The notes beneath the pieces are model-generated. The model saw only the letters and a program-made list of their open reading frames with translations, made no database searches and had not been told where the DNA came from. The position numbers and the translations under genes were made by a program. Below are positions 48,965 to 58,706 of a stretch of 58,706 bases of DNA, in pieces (position 1 is the first letter of the stretch; each line of letters begins with the position of its first letter). The DNA is from a virus. Taxonomy: Duplodnaviria; Caudoviricetes. The stretch is from the IMG/VR virus record IMGVR_UViG_3300042889_000326, positions 1 to 58,706 of that record; one strand, given 5' to 3'.

Positions 48965-49371
48965 CGCAACAAATTGATCTAAACAAATATTCTGATTTTG
49001 TAGCTGCAGTTACCTCAGAAGAATCTAATAATCATATTGCTTTTATAAATAGATTGCAAAACCTTAAACAGGAGGGTTGTGATATCTCATTACTAATGAC
49101 TTCTGCTTTTGGTTTATCTGCTGAATCTGGCGAATTTACAGAAGTTGTAAAGAAGATTGTATTCCAAGGTAAACCGTTTAATGACGATAACCATTTCCAT
49201 ATGTACAGAGAACTTGGTGATATCTGCTGGTATCTAATCAATGCTTGTAGAGCATTAGGTGTAGATCCAAATGAAATGTTTGCTGAGAATGTTAGAAAAC
49301 TTGAAGCAAGGTATCCTGGTGGTAAGTTCAATCCCTACTTTTCAGAAAACAGAGCTGACAACGATATCTAA
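48961..49371 (+). CDS. MazG-like NTP pyrophosphohydrolase
   Basis: ESGEFTEVVKK, ELGDICWY, KLEARYP. Confidence 0.9.
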   Translation: MTQQIDLNKYSDFVAAVTSEESNNHIAFINRLQNLKQEGCDISLLMTSAFGLSAESGEFTEVVKKIVFQGKPFNDDNHFHMYRELGDICWYLINACRALGVDPNEMFAENVRKLEARYPGGKFNPYFSENRADNDI

Positions 49372-49404
49372 TACATAGTATACAACATCAAATAGGGATT
49401 TATT

Positions 49405-50403
49405 ATGACAATACGGATCTTAACTCCAAAAAGTGAATACATTGTAGACTATCCAGTAGCAATAGAATTCGCAAAGCAACAAGCAGAAATCATCTGGTTT
49501 CCTGACGAAATAGAAGTAGAAAAAGATCTTCACGATCTTAAAACAAATTGTACACAGGCAGAATATCATGGAGTTATATCTACTCTAAAGTTATTTACCT
49601 TATATGAGTTGAATGTTGGTAATGATTATTGGCAGAATTATGTCTCAAAGGTATTTCCCAGACCAGATATACAAAGAATGGCAGCAACATTTTCCTTTAT
49701 GGAACTAGGAGTTCATGCTCCATTCTATAACAAGATTAATGAAGTGCTCGGTTTAGATAATGAGGAATTTTATAATTCTTACAAAGAAGATGAAGTTCTT
49801 GCTAATCGTATGGCTTGGATTGGAAAGAGAACTGAGAAACGTGATACTGTTTACAATATCTTAAAATCAGTTGGTATCTTTAGTATGATTGAGGGTGCAA
49901 TTCTGTATTCAAGTTTTGCATTCCTGAAATCATTTAACTCGGCTGGGAAAAACGCCCTTATTAATATTAATGCAGGAATTAACTTTTCTGCTATAGATGA
50001 AGGATTACATGCAGAAGCAGGGGCATGGTTGTTCAGAACATTACTAAAAGAAGCAGAAAATGATGGTCAATTTTCAACAGCACAATTAAATTTGTTGAAT
50101 CATGAATTGGAAGATACTGCTAGGGTAATACTAGAACACGAATCAGTTATCATTGACAAAATATTTGAGAAAGGTCATATCAAAGGTATTACGGAGAACC
50201 AACTAAAGCATTTTGTTGAATCTAGATTGGATATGTGTTTAGATAATTTAGGGTTCAAAGGTATATTTAAACCAACTTATAATCCTATAGCAAAATGGTT
50301 TTACAAAGATCTTGAAAGTTCTACTTTACACGATTTTTTTAGTGCTCAAGGTTCAGATTACAATAGATCATGGTCAGAAGGAAAGTTTACATGGGTGAAT
50401 TAA
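49405..50403 (+). CDS. nrdB: Ribonucleotide reductase class I beta subunit
   Basis: ELGVH..Y, EGAILYSSF, DEGLH, HDFF. Confidence 0.93.
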   Translation: MTIRILTPKSEYIVDYPVAIEFAKQQAEIIWFPDEIEVEKDLHDLKTNCTQAEYHGVISTLKLFTLYELNVGNDYWQNYVSKVFPRPDIQRMAATFSFMELGVHAPFYNKINEVLGLDNEEFYNSYKEDEVLANRMAWIGKRTEKRDTVYNILKSVGIFSMIEGAILYSSFAFLKSFNSAGKNALININAGINFSAIDEGLHAEAGAWLFRTLLKEAENDGQFSTAQLNLLNHELEDTARVILEHESVIIDKIFEKGHIKGITENQLKHFVESRLDMCLDNLGFKGIFKPTYNPIAKWFYKDLESSTLHDFFSAQGSDYNRSWSEGKFTWVN

Positions 50404-51518
50404 GTATTTACGATGAGTTAGGCGAAGAACGTAAGAAACTCCAAGAAGAAGATAAACTTCCAAAATGGGTTACAACTGCAGCATGGCAAATGCTTAAGGA
50501 GAATTATCTATCAAAAGATTACCCAGATCTAAAATCTGTTTATACTAGAGTAGCAAGGCATGCATCACAATACACCAATGATCCTTTATATTGGGAGACT
50601 AAGTTCTTTGAATTATTCTGGAAAGGTTACCTAGCAGCATCTACTCCAGTTCTTTCTAACATGGGAACAGGGGTTGGTTGTCCAGTAAGTTGTTCTGGTG
50701 GATTTATAAAAGATTCAGTATATTCATTCTATGGGTCACAACAAGAAGCAGCAGTATTATCCAAGAATGGATTTGGAACTTCAGGTTATTTAGGTTCAAT
50801 CAGACCTAGAGGTGCAAAGATTGCAGGTATGAAAGGTTCTGCTTCTGGTGTTCTACCAGTATTCAAGGACTTTGTTCAAATGTCAAGAGATATTTCTCAA
50901 GGTAGTCAAAGACGTGGTGCTTGGGCAGGTTACATAGAAATTGATCACGGAGACTTCTTTGAACTTATAAATTACATTAATAAGAATCCTGATGATGCTA
51001 ATATCGGTTGGAACATAACTGATAAGTTCATAGAAAGATTGGAAGCTGGCGATAAAGACGCTCTTGATAGATATCAAAAAGCATTAAAGTTAAAGATGAT
51101 TACTGGAAAAGGTTACTTTAATTTCATTGACAAAGTGAATCGTCAAAATCCTCAGATGTATAAGGATAAGAATTTAACAGTAAAGGCGAGTAATCTTTGT
51201 TTGACTGGCGACACTATAATTCAAATAAAAATGAATAAAACATCAGATATTGAAAGTGTTAGATTAGATGAGTTCATAACAAAATATGAATATGGTTATT
51301 ATACTGATGCATTAGTTAAAACCCATAATACAGAAGAGGTATCTTGGGCTAAAGTTAGTAACGCTGCTCAGACTGGGATTGTTGAAGAATTATATGAAAT
51401 AGAGTCTCCTAATGGTAATATTATACGATGTACTGCAGAACATAAAATATTTACACAAAATAGAGGTTATGTTGAAGCAAAAAATCTGTTAGAAACTGAT
51501 GTGTTATTAGAAATATAA
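50391..51518 (+). CDS. nrdA: NrdA N-extein plus 106-aa split intein N-fragment
   Basis: STPV, PVSC, RRGA, KASNL then CLTGDT (51198) with CTAEH. Confidence 0.93.
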   Translation: MGELSIYDELGEERKKLQEEDKLPKWVTTAAWQMLKENYLSKDYPDLKSVYTRVARHASQYTNDPLYWETKFFELFWKGYLAASTPVLSNMGTGVGCPVSCSGGFIKDSVYSFYGSQQEAAVLSKNGFGTSGYLGSIRPRGAKIAGMKGSASGVLPVFKDFVQMSRDISQGSQRRGAWAGYIEIDHGDFFELINYINKNPDDANIGWNITDKFIERLEAGDKDALDRYQKALKLKMITGKGYFNFIDKVNRQNPQMYKDKNLTVKASNLCLTGDTIIQIKMNKTSDIESVRLDEFITKYEYGYYTDALVKTHNTEEVSWAKVSNAAQTGIVEELYEIESPNGNIIRCTAEHKIFTQNRGYVEAKNLLETDVLLEI

Positions 51519-51529
51519 ACTTGTTGTAG

Positions 51530-51575
51530 TGAGATTCTTATTTGTATAAATAGTAATATACAACAGGAGAATCTC
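51530..51575 (+). promoter_or_regulatory. RBS-sequestering hairpin with a late promoter in its loop
   Basis: GAGATTCT/AGAATCTC overlapping AGGAG; TATAAATA at 51545. Confidence 0.75.
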
Positions 51576-52442
51576 ATGAACTACACAAAAATATATAAGA
51601 CTTTAATGGAAAGAGCTAAATCTGAAAATAGGAAAAAGGGTAATGGTGTATATTACGAATCCCACCATATTATCCCAGATTTTATGTTTAAGGAAAGAAG
51701 TAGAAAAGGTCCCAAAGGACATTTAAGTGGAAATCCTAATGATAAGAAAAATCTAGTATTATTGACAGAAAGAGAACATATTCTATCACATATTCTATTA
51801 TCTAAATCGTTAAAAGGTAAAAGATATTGGGCACAGTCTGCTTCTGCGTTGGTTTGGTTTTATACAAAGGTAAATGGTGAGCACCCTAGACAACAACATA
51901 GAATTGCAGGATCTATGAAAAAATATGAACGATATAGGTCATTGGGATTAGCTGGAATATCTGCTGCAAGAAAGGGCACTTTCCCAGCAGTAGATTTTAT
52001 CACTAAAGAAAGTGTTGGTTCAGTTTCAAACCAACATCCTAAAGTTTTATCTGGCGAATGGGTTCATCATAGCACAGGTAGAATTATTCCTGAATCACGA
52101 AAAGGAATTGGTACACAATACTATAGTGTGGGTGCAGCAAACTCAAATTATAAAGAGATGACGGAAGATAGAAAACAAAGAGTTTTTTCTCTAATACCGT
52201 TATCTTGTTATGATGAAAATGGGGTTATGATATTTTTGAGTATTGCTTTTGTACTGTTGCTTAAACAAGAATTTAAAGAATTCAAAAAAATATCCTATAA
52301 ATGGATAGAAAATAATTTTGGTAACCATAAAGATTTATTGAAATTATATAATTTAGAAACTAATTCTAATATTATACACAAACCTTATGGTAAAAAGAAT
52401 AAAATTGAGGAAACTAATTATGCTAAAAATAAGAAAAATTAA
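51576..52442 (+). CDS. HNH homing endonuclease between the nrdA halves
   Basis: YESHHIIP..N..NLVLLTEREH..H. Confidence 0.88.
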   Translation: MNYTKIYKTLMERAKSENRKKGNGVYYESHHIIPDFMFKERSRKGPKGHLSGNPNDKKNLVLLTEREHILSHILLSKSLKGKRYWAQSASALVWFYTKVNGEHPRQQHRIAGSMKKYERYRSLGLAGISAARKGTFPAVDFITKESVGSVSNQHPKVLSGEWVHHSTGRIIPESRKGIGTQYYSVGAANSNYKEMTEDRKQRVFSLIPLSCYDENGVMIFLSIAFVLLLKQEFKEFKKISYKWIENNFGNHKDLLKLYNLETNSNIIHKPYGKKNKIEETNYAKNKKN

Positions 52443-53418
52443 AATTGAACCAACCCCTGTTTTTGATATAACAGTCCCAGAAACAGAGTGTTTTTTTGCT
52501 AATGATATATTAGTCCACAACTGTTCTGAGATCCAACTTTTTTCTGATGAAGACCATACCTTTTCTTGTGTATTATCTTCAATGAATGCTAGTCTTTATG
52601 ATAAATGGAAAGACACTGATGCAGTATTTGTTGCAACAGTATTTCTAGATTGTGTGAATCAAGATCTAATTGAGATTGGCACAAAAACACAAGGAATGGA
52701 AAAGGTAGTTCGTTTTGCTAAGAAAAGTAGAGCACTTGGTTTAGGTATGTTAGGATTTCATACTTACCTTCAGGATCATATGATTGCATTTGAATCAATG
52801 GATGCCTATTACAAGAATACCGAAATCTTCAAACATCTTCACGATGAAACTTTAAGAGCAAGTCAGTGGATGGCAAAGGAGTTTGGAGAACCATTCTGGT
52901 GTAAGGGTTATGGAGTAAGAAATACTCATAGAATTGCTATTGCTCCTAACTTAAGTTCTGCTTTAATATGTGGTTCTGTCAGTCAAGGCATTGAACCGAT
53001 CTATAAGAATGCTTATGTGCAGAATACAGCAGCAGGTAAGATGGATAGAGTTAATCCTTCCTTATTATTGATAATGAAAGAGAAGAATATATACTCAGAA
53101 GAAACCGTTAAAGATATTATTTCTAATAACGGATCTGTTCAGCATGTAGATTGGTTGAACGATGAAGAAAAAGCAGTATTTAAAACTGCATTTGAGATAG
53201 ATCAAAAACAGATTATAAGATTAGCATCTGCTAGACAAAGATATATAGATCAAGCACAAAGTATTAATCTATTCTTTTCTGCTGATGAAGATGAATCTTA
53301 CATTAGTGAGGTTCATAAAATGGCATTCCTAGATCCATATATTAAAAGTCTTTATTATATTAGATCAGAATCTGGAGTTCAAGTAAACAAGAATGAATGT
53401 TTGGCGTGTCATTCGTAA
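52420..53418 (+). CDS. nrdA: 34-aa split intein C-fragment plus NrdA C-extein
   Basis: VFDITV..FFANDILVHN|CSEI; IAPN, SLYYIR, C-terminal CLAC. Confidence 0.93.
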   Translation: MLKIRKIKIEPTPVFDITVPETECFFANDILVHNCSEIQLFSDEDHTFSCVLSSMNASLYDKWKDTDAVFVATVFLDCVNQDLIEIGTKTQGMEKVVRFAKKSRALGLGMLGFHTYLQDHMIAFESMDAYYKNTEIFKHLHDETLRASQWMAKEFGEPFWCKGYGVRNTHRIAIAPNLSSALICGSVSQGIEPIYKNAYVQNTAAGKMDRVNPSLLLIMKEKNIYSEETVKDIISNNGSVQHVDWLNDEEKAVFKTAFEIDQKQIIRLASARQRYIDQAQSINLFFSADEDESYISEVHKMAFLDPYIKSLYYIRSESGVQVNKNECLACHS

Positions 53419-53425
53419 GGAAAAT

Positions 53426-53851
53426 ATGAAAAAAATATTACTATTATTATTGTTATCAACATCTGCTTATGCAGACATACCTAAAGTAGCTATTAGAACT
53501 ACAGATATGAAAGATATTTGTACAACATTAACTAGCACTGTTAGGAATGTTCCTAAATCCCTTAAAAAACTTGTATATATAAGAGATAAAGGAAATTTAA
53601 GCAAACCTAAAGATTATGAAGTTGATCATAGAATTGCTTTAAGCTCTGGTGGTTCCAATGATATTAGTAATTTAAAATTACAATCATATTTTGGAAAATG
53701 TAACGCACATCATAAAGATGTGTTAGAAGTGAGAATTCATTCTCTAATATGTAAACAAAAAATGACTGTAAACAAAGCTCAAGATTACCTATATAATAAT
53801 TGGGAAACTGGATATGAACTATTCATTGATAAAAATGGATGCAATAACTAA
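53426..53851 (+). CDS. HNH-motif protein with signal peptide
   Basis: MKKILLLLLLSTSAYA; EVDHRIALSSGGSNDISNL. Confidence 0.7.
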   Translation: MKKILLLLLLSTSAYADIPKVAIRTTDMKDICTTLTSTVRNVPKSLKKLVYIRDKGNLSKPKDYEVDHRIALSSGGSNDISNLKLQSYFGKCNAHHKDVLEVRIHSLICKQKMTVNKAQDYLYNNWETGYELFIDKNGCNN

Positions 53852-53863
53852 TAAGGAAGAAAA

Positions 53864-54013
53864 ATGATTAAAAGACTATTTGTATGTGATGTATGTGGCG
53901 CTCAGGGGATGATCTCTATTAGTTCAGCAGATGTATCTGTTGAAGAAATATGCCATTGTCCCGTTTGTGGGGCACCATTACTAGCAGAAGATGATTACGA
54001 AGACGAAGAATGA
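53864..54013 (+). CDS. Small Zn-ribbon protein (49 aa, not in ORF track)
   Basis: CDVC...CPVCG, acidic tail, AAGGA RBS. Confidence 0.75.
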   Translation: MIKRLFVCDVCGAQGMISISSADVSVEEICHCPVCGAPLLAEDDYEDEE

Positions 54014-54432
54014 GTTGGTTATTTGAGGGGGTTGAGGTAACTGAACTCCCTGAATGTGTAGGATTTGTTTATTTGATAATAAATACCAAAAGCAGTAGAA
54101 GTTATATTGGAAAGAAGTTAAGTCATTTTTCTAAAACATCTATCAAAACCATTACTTTGAAATCTGGTATCAAAAAGAAGAAAAAAGTTAAAACGCAAGT
54201 TGAATCGGATTGGAGAACTTATTGGAGTTCTTCAGTTAAACTCCAAAATGATGTGAAAGAGTTAGGTGAAGAAAACTTTACCCGTGAAATACTCTTTTAT
54301 TGTCAGTCAAAAGGGAATCTGTCGTACATAGAATTAAGGGAACAAATCCTTAACAAGGTATTAGAAGATTCCACCCTCTGGTATAATGGAATTATCCAAG
54401 CAAAAATTCATAGGTCTCATGTAAAGTTATAA
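54010..54432 (+). CDS. GIY-YIG endonuclease
   Basis: GFVYLI..YIGKK..WRTYWSS..FTREIL..YN. Confidence 0.85.
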   Translation: MSWLFEGVEVTELPECVGFVYLIINTKSSRSYIGKKLSHFSKTSIKTITLKSGIKKKKKVKTQVESDWRTYWSSSVKLQNDVKELGEENFTREILFYCQSKGNLSYIELREQILNKVLEDSTLWYNGIIQAKIHRSHVKL

Positions 54433-54433
54433 A

Positions 54434-55321
54434 ATGCCTAAAGATTCACTATCCAAACTCCTATTTCTTTGTGGTGTAGCCTTATCTACTATTGCTGTTA
54501 TTATAGCAATAAAGGGGATGATGGCTATCTTTCCTACATCTGAAATAATCATACCAACAATGATTGGTATTCTAGAAGTAACTAAACTTGTACTAGCAGT
54601 CTGGGTACATAGCAATTGGTCTTCTATCTCATTTATGATTAAAGGTTATATGTCAATGGCATTGGTAGTTCTAATGTTAATGACTTCTCTTTCAATCTTT
54701 GGATTCTTATCTAAAACTCATTTAGACCAAAATGTTCCTGCTGGTGATGTTGTAGCAAAGTTATCAATGATTGATGATAGGATACAAATTGAAGCAGATG
54801 CAGTGGCATATAACAGAAAACTTCTATCCCAAATGGACAATTCTGTAGAACAATTGGTATCTAGATCTGAAGATACCAAATCCATAGACAAATCTATTAA
54901 GGTTAGAAAATCCCAAGCAAAAGAACGCACTCTATTACAAACCACTATTTTAGAATCACAGAAGAAGATAACTGTTCTTAACGAAGAAAGATCCCCTATT
55001 GCTGCATCTGTTAGGAAAATTGACGCTGAAGTTGGACCGCTGAAGTATATTGCAGCTCTGATTTATGGCGATTCTTTAGATGTATCTTTACTAGAAAAAG
55101 CAGTTAGGATAGTTATATTGATGATTGTTTTTGTATTTGATCCATTAGCAGTATTGATTCTTATATCTGTTACTGGTAATCATAAGAATATAATTAAACT
55201 TATGGATAAAATAGAAGAGAACAAAGAAGACACACATACTTCTTATGAGATATACCTAGAAGATGATGTCGATGTTAATGATAATATAACGGTAGATTTA
55301 ATAAAAAAGGTTGACATCTAA
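54434..55321 (+). CDS. Membrane protein with coiled coil
   Basis: Three N-terminal and one C-terminal hydrophobic helices. Confidence 0.75.
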   Translation: MPKDSLSKLLFLCGVALSTIAVIIAIKGMMAIFPTSEIIIPTMIGILEVTKLVLAVWVHSNWSSISFMIKGYMSMALVVLMLMTSLSIFGFLSKTHLDQNVPAGDVVAKLSMIDDRIQIEADAVAYNRKLLSQMDNSVEQLVSRSEDTKSIDKSIKVRKSQAKERTLLQTTILESQKKITVLNEERSPIAASVRKIDAEVGPLKYIAALIYGDSLDVSLLEKAVRIVILMIVFVFDPLAVLILISVTGNHKNIIKLMDKIEENKEDTHTSYEIYLEDDVDVNDNITVDLIKKVDI

Positions 55322-55373
55322 TTTATATATTGTATAATAACATATAAATTGAGTAAACCAAGTGAGAAAATAT

Positions 55374-55553
55374 ATGATGTCAAAATGTAAATTAGTGAAA
55401 CAGGACTTGCCAAGTTATTGGGATTATATGGCAAAGGACGATAGAAAGTGGTCGATCTACATCGGCGACAAGTTCCAAGACTTATTCGACAAGTATCCTA
55501 CAAAGAAAGAAGCACTTGCCGACGCCAAAAAATACGAATTCAAAATAATTTAA
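55374..55553 (+). CDS. Small early hypothetical protein
   Basis: After TTGACA-16-TATAAT at 55311-55338. Confidence 0.65.
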   Translation: MMSKCKLVKQDLPSYWDYMAKDDRKWSIYIGDKFQDLFDKYPTKKEALADAKKYEFKII

Positions 55554-55565
55554 ACAAGTGAGAAT

Positions 55566-55910
55566 ATGATGAGACTACCAAAATCCAAAGTAAGTACCGC
55601 AAAACAACCCACTATCGATCAAGTATCAAATGCACTCAACATTGTTACTTTCTATGTGTTAAAGCTAAAGAAGAAAACATTTACAGACGATTCAGTTGCT
55701 TGTGAAGTCCAACGATTAGAACGATGTATTGAAGAATACTATGTTAAAGAAAAACACGATATGCAATTCCTCGAGTTTGCTTCTAACTTCCTAATAAAAA
55801 ACTACAAAGAACTTGTATTCGGAACACAGTTCAATGGTGATTACTTAGGTAGCGTTCAAGATGTGACTAAGGAAACTATTGATCCAACAGAATATTCGGT
55901 GATATTATGA
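55566..55910 (+). CDS. Hypothetical protein
   Basis: Shares CAAGTGAGA leader with neighbours. Confidence 0.65.
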   Translation: MMRLPKSKVSTAKQPTIDQVSNALNIVTFYVLKLKKKTFTDDSVACEVQRLERCIEEYYVKEKHDMQFLEFASNFLIKNYKELVFGTQFNGDYLGSVQDVTKETIDPTEYSVIL

Positions 55911-56173
55911 ATGAAAGAGAACGTGAAATCCTTTTGATTCTTCAAGAGGAATCAGCTGAAGTGATACAAGCAGTATCTAAGGTGTTCAGATTTGGTTGGG
56001 ATTCTGAATGGGATGGTCAAACTAACAGAGAACATCTTACTGAAGAAGTCGGTGACTATTTAGCAATGGTTCAGATAATGATTGATACAGGTATGATATA
56101 TCAAACTGAGGTGACAAACGCAAAACATAAAAAAATTGAAAAGTTAAAGAAATGGTCAAATATTTTTAAATAA
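55907..56173 (+). CDS. Small MazG-like protein
   Basis: EESAEVIQAVSK..RFG, EEVGD. Confidence 0.75.
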   Translation: MNEREREILLILQEESAEVIQAVSKVFRFGWDSEWDGQTNREHLTEEVGDYLAMVQIMIDTGMIYQTEVTNAKHKKIEKLKKWSNIFK

Positions 56174-56186
56174 ATTAGGAATTATA

Positions 56187-56693
56187 ATGAGTTATTTAAA
56201 TATCAACACATACAAAGGTGATGGATTTAATAAAGTTTGTGATGTCAATGCCGACTGGGATGAATCTTGGTATTATACAAATATTGATAGAAAACTAATG
56301 TTTTCACCCCATAAGTCGTGGATTTATTTTATAGTATTAGATGATCAAATTTTTAAAATAGGGGAAACTGGCAATCCGCTTGGACTAGAGATGCCAATAC
56401 TTGATAATTATCCTGAAAAACAACCTAAAACAGGTACTAAGTCTAGACTTGGTAGATATCGAAAGGGGGATGGTACAGATAAAGCATTAAGGGATTTGTT
56501 AGAATATGAAGTCAGGAATAACAGAGTAAGCATTTGGGCAAAATATTGTGATCTAATAGAAATTGAGGTTTTAGTTGGAGGCAAGTTATCCAAAACACAT
56601 ACTTCTTATAATAAAGATATTGAACTTCGTTATCTTGATTATATTGTAAAACATACGGGTAAATTGCCTCTAGGTAATAAATGTAGAAAATAG
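56187..56693 (+). CDS. Divergent GIY-YIG-like protein
   Basis: WIYFI..FKIGET..RL.RY..E..LP.GN. Confidence 0.55.
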   Translation: MSYLNINTYKGDGFNKVCDVNADWDESWYYTNIDRKLMFSPHKSWIYFIVLDDQIFKIGETGNPLGLEMPILDNYPEKQPKTGTKSRLGRYRKGDGTDKALRDLLEYEVRNNRVSIWAKYCDLIEIEVLVGGKLSKTHTSYNKDIELRYLDYIVKHTGKLPLGNKCRK

Positions 56694-56696
56694 ATG

Positions 56697-56749
56697 TTGA
56701 CATAGATTAAAAAATATATTATAATAACTTATAAATTAAATTATTGAGA
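56697..56749 (+). promoter_or_regulatory. Early sigma70 promoter and leader, repeated at 26070
   Basis: TTGACA-17-TATAAT. Confidence 0.8.
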
Positions 56750-56763
56750 CAAGTGAGAGAAAA

Positions 56764-58194
56764 ATGAAAAATTTAGAATTGTTAGGAATAAATAGGCCAA
56801 ATTTGTATTTTGTAGCTTCTAATATGTTTGAAGTTAGAAATGTTAATAAAATTATTGTTCACGGATTATCGCAGGGTGAAGGTAAAACTACACTATGTGC
56901 AAAGATTACATATGAACGAGTTAAAAGAAATTTTATCAAGACAGAAAGATATATTGATTTATATGTAATTCCATTAGATCAAATTACTGATTATGTTAAG
57001 AATCAGTATGAACCGGTCAAAAAACTTTGTGAAGAAAATTATAACATTATTTACCTATGTCCTAAAAAATCTCTATATAAAGAATTCTATAATTTAGCTG
57101 ATAGTTATAATCTAACCATAGTTAATTCATATAAAGAGTTAAATAAACTTACCAAAAAGCCTAAGTTTAAAGACAGTGTAATTATTGGTGCCTCCTCTAG
57201 TCAATTGCTATATTCACAAAAAGCATATGCCCTACCAATATTGACAACCTGTGTATGTGATTTAGTTATTGATGAAGCAGATACTTTTATCGGTGTTACT
57301 ACAGCTTTAGGCTATAAAACAATATGCGAAAATCCTAAAGATTCTTTTAGTGCTAAATTCTTACACTCTGTTGTTTATAAAGTTTTAGAAAATACTAGAG
57401 CAAATATCAATGCTTTTACTGGTACACCAACTCAAGAGCAACGAGGAGTTGTTGTTAATAATGAAGAAAGTGTTTTTAAGTATTTTGAATATGAATCTGA
57501 TGAATCTACTAAAAAGCCATTAGAATCTATCACTTTTCTTAATGGTAAAAACTTTGGTGGTACTACGGATTATTTTGAAAAAGACTGGTCTTTAGCGGTA
57601 ATTAAAGGTAGCATAGATTGTGCTGTTAAAGATAGAGAAATACAAAATATTAAAACCAATACTGAAGATGGTTTAACTATGATTACTGTTGGTGTAGGTA
57701 TGATGGAGACTTTAATCGAGCAAGGTTATAAAGTTTATAATACTGATATGTCAAATGTATTATTTTATGCTTCTAATTCAAATATTAAAGGATCTATTCT
57801 TACTACACGAGGATATAAAATCATAGCAAAATCATTATCTGAATGTAAAATTCTATTAGAAGATCCTAACACACCTTATAATATTCTTGTTAATATTCGT
57901 GCCGGAACTAGAGGATTTGATGTTCCATTATTTGATACATTATTTCACTTAGCTGGTTCAGCCAAAAAATTAGAACAATATGCTTATTCACAATTACTAG
58001 GTCGTATCAATAGAGTATGTGGTAAAAAAACTACTAGACTATTCTTAAGAATGCGTGAAGGAACAATGAATGGTTTAAAATTCTACATAGAAAGAACTTA
58101 TAAAGAAGGTAGTTATACATCACGACAAATATTTGAAATGATGGAAAGTAATGACTATAAATCTTTAGAAAGTCTTCAAAATTTATTGAAATAA
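56764..58194 (+). CDS. Divergent SF2 helicase-like protein
   Basis: QGEGKTT, VIDEAD, TGTPT, TRGFDVP, QLLGRINR. Confidence 0.75.
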   Translation: MKNLELLGINRPNLYFVASNMFEVRNVNKIIVHGLSQGEGKTTLCAKITYERVKRNFIKTERYIDLYVIPLDQITDYVKNQYEPVKKLCEENYNIIYLCPKKSLYKEFYNLADSYNLTIVNSYKELNKLTKKPKFKDSVIIGASSSQLLYSQKAYALPILTTCVCDLVIDEADTFIGVTTALGYKTICENPKDSFSAKFLHSVVYKVLENTRANINAFTGTPTQEQRGVVVNNEESVFKYFEYESDESTKKPLESITFLNGKNFGGTTDYFEKDWSLAVIKGSIDCAVKDREIQNIKTNTEDGLTMITVGVGMMETLIEQGYKVYNTDMSNVLFYASNSNIKGSILTTRGYKIIAKSLSECKILLEDPNTPYNILVNIRAGTRGFDVPLFDTLFHLAGSAKKLEQYAYSQLLGRINRVCGKKTTRLFLRMREGTMNGLKFYIERTYKEGSYTSRQIFEMMESNDYKSLESLQNLLK

Positions 58195-58255
58195 TATTGA
58201 CTAATACCAAGGATGGTGTTATAATTACTCATACTTTGAATAACTGAGACATATA

Positions 58256-58706
58256 ATGATATACCAAATACTGCAAGAACTTGAATCTAATAATTCTAGA
58301 AACTTTAAGATAGAGTTGTTAACCAAAAATAAAGATAATGAACTCCTGAAAGAGGTTTGTCGGTTAGCAAACGACCCATTCACACAGTTCTACCAAAGAA
58401 AGATTCCAAAGTATGAACCAAATACTTTTCTTCTGAGTGATGATAATCTAGATTGGGCTATCCAAGAATTAGTTGAACAATTAGCCAGTCGCAAAATTAC
58501 TGGTAATAATGCTATTACACATTTGGAGTTTATTCTTGAAAATGTAACAGCAAATAATGCAAAAGTTGTTGAAAGAATCATACAGAAAGACCTTAAGTGT
58601 GGTGTTAATACTTCAACAATCAATAAGGTTTGGAAGAACCTAATACCAGAGTTCCCTTGTATGTTATGTTCACCATTTGAACAGAAATTGGTTGATAAGA
58701 TTACAT
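58256..58706 (+). CDS. gp30: ATP-dependent DNA ligase, 5' part (runs off the window)
   Basis: MIYQILQELESNNSRNFK...RIIQKDLKCG..TINKVW..LIP.FPCML; promoter TTGACT-17-TATAAT at 58197. Confidence 0.88.
   Translation, partial: MIYQILQELESNNSRNFKIELLTKNKDNELLKEVCRLANDPFTQFYQRKIPKYEPNTFLLSDDNLDWAIQELVEQLASRKITGNNAITHLEFILENVTANNAKVVERIIQKDLKCGVNTSTINKVWKNLIPEFPCMLCSPFEQKLVDKIT

Noticed and set aside
133-58623. Numerous short minus-strand and alternate-frame ORFs in the track
   Set aside because: They are shadows of well-supported + strand genes with no RBS or motifs. The exceptions kept are 19742-20005 and the embedded o-spanin.
1-58706. Stop-codon recoding or a diversity-generating retroelement
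   Set aside because: Core genes read through intact in code 11 and end in TAA, TAG and TGA. There is no suppressor tRNA, reverse transcriptase or adenine-specific repeat pair.

Overview
An AT-rich 58.7 kb segment of a T4-like myophage genome, almost entirely coded on the + strand. It runs from a partial repeat protein through neck, terminase, tail and head genes (gp13-15, 17-23, gp3). It continues through uvsY/uvsW, gp55, gp47/46, a tRNA/ncRNA region, a VWA/AAA pair, the replisome (gp45-44-62, regA, gp43, uvsX, gp41, gp61), spanins, nrdB/nrdA and early-gene cassettes, and ends in the 5' part of DNA ligase. Highlights: (1) a four-copy, covarying pseudoknotted ncRNA in the tRNA region, plus a tandem array of stem-delimited RNA cassettes and several tRNA mimics; (2) two fractured genes with split inteins and intervening endonucleases, gp46 (atypical, 38-aa IntN) and nrdA; (3) gp47 restarting at an ATT codon after an endonuclease insertion; (4) a duplicated antisense promoter element, one copy next to a candidate origin and one where gp16 normally sits; (5) an OprI/Lpp-like lipoprotein. 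All calls come from reading the sequence and recalled family motifs; no searches were run.
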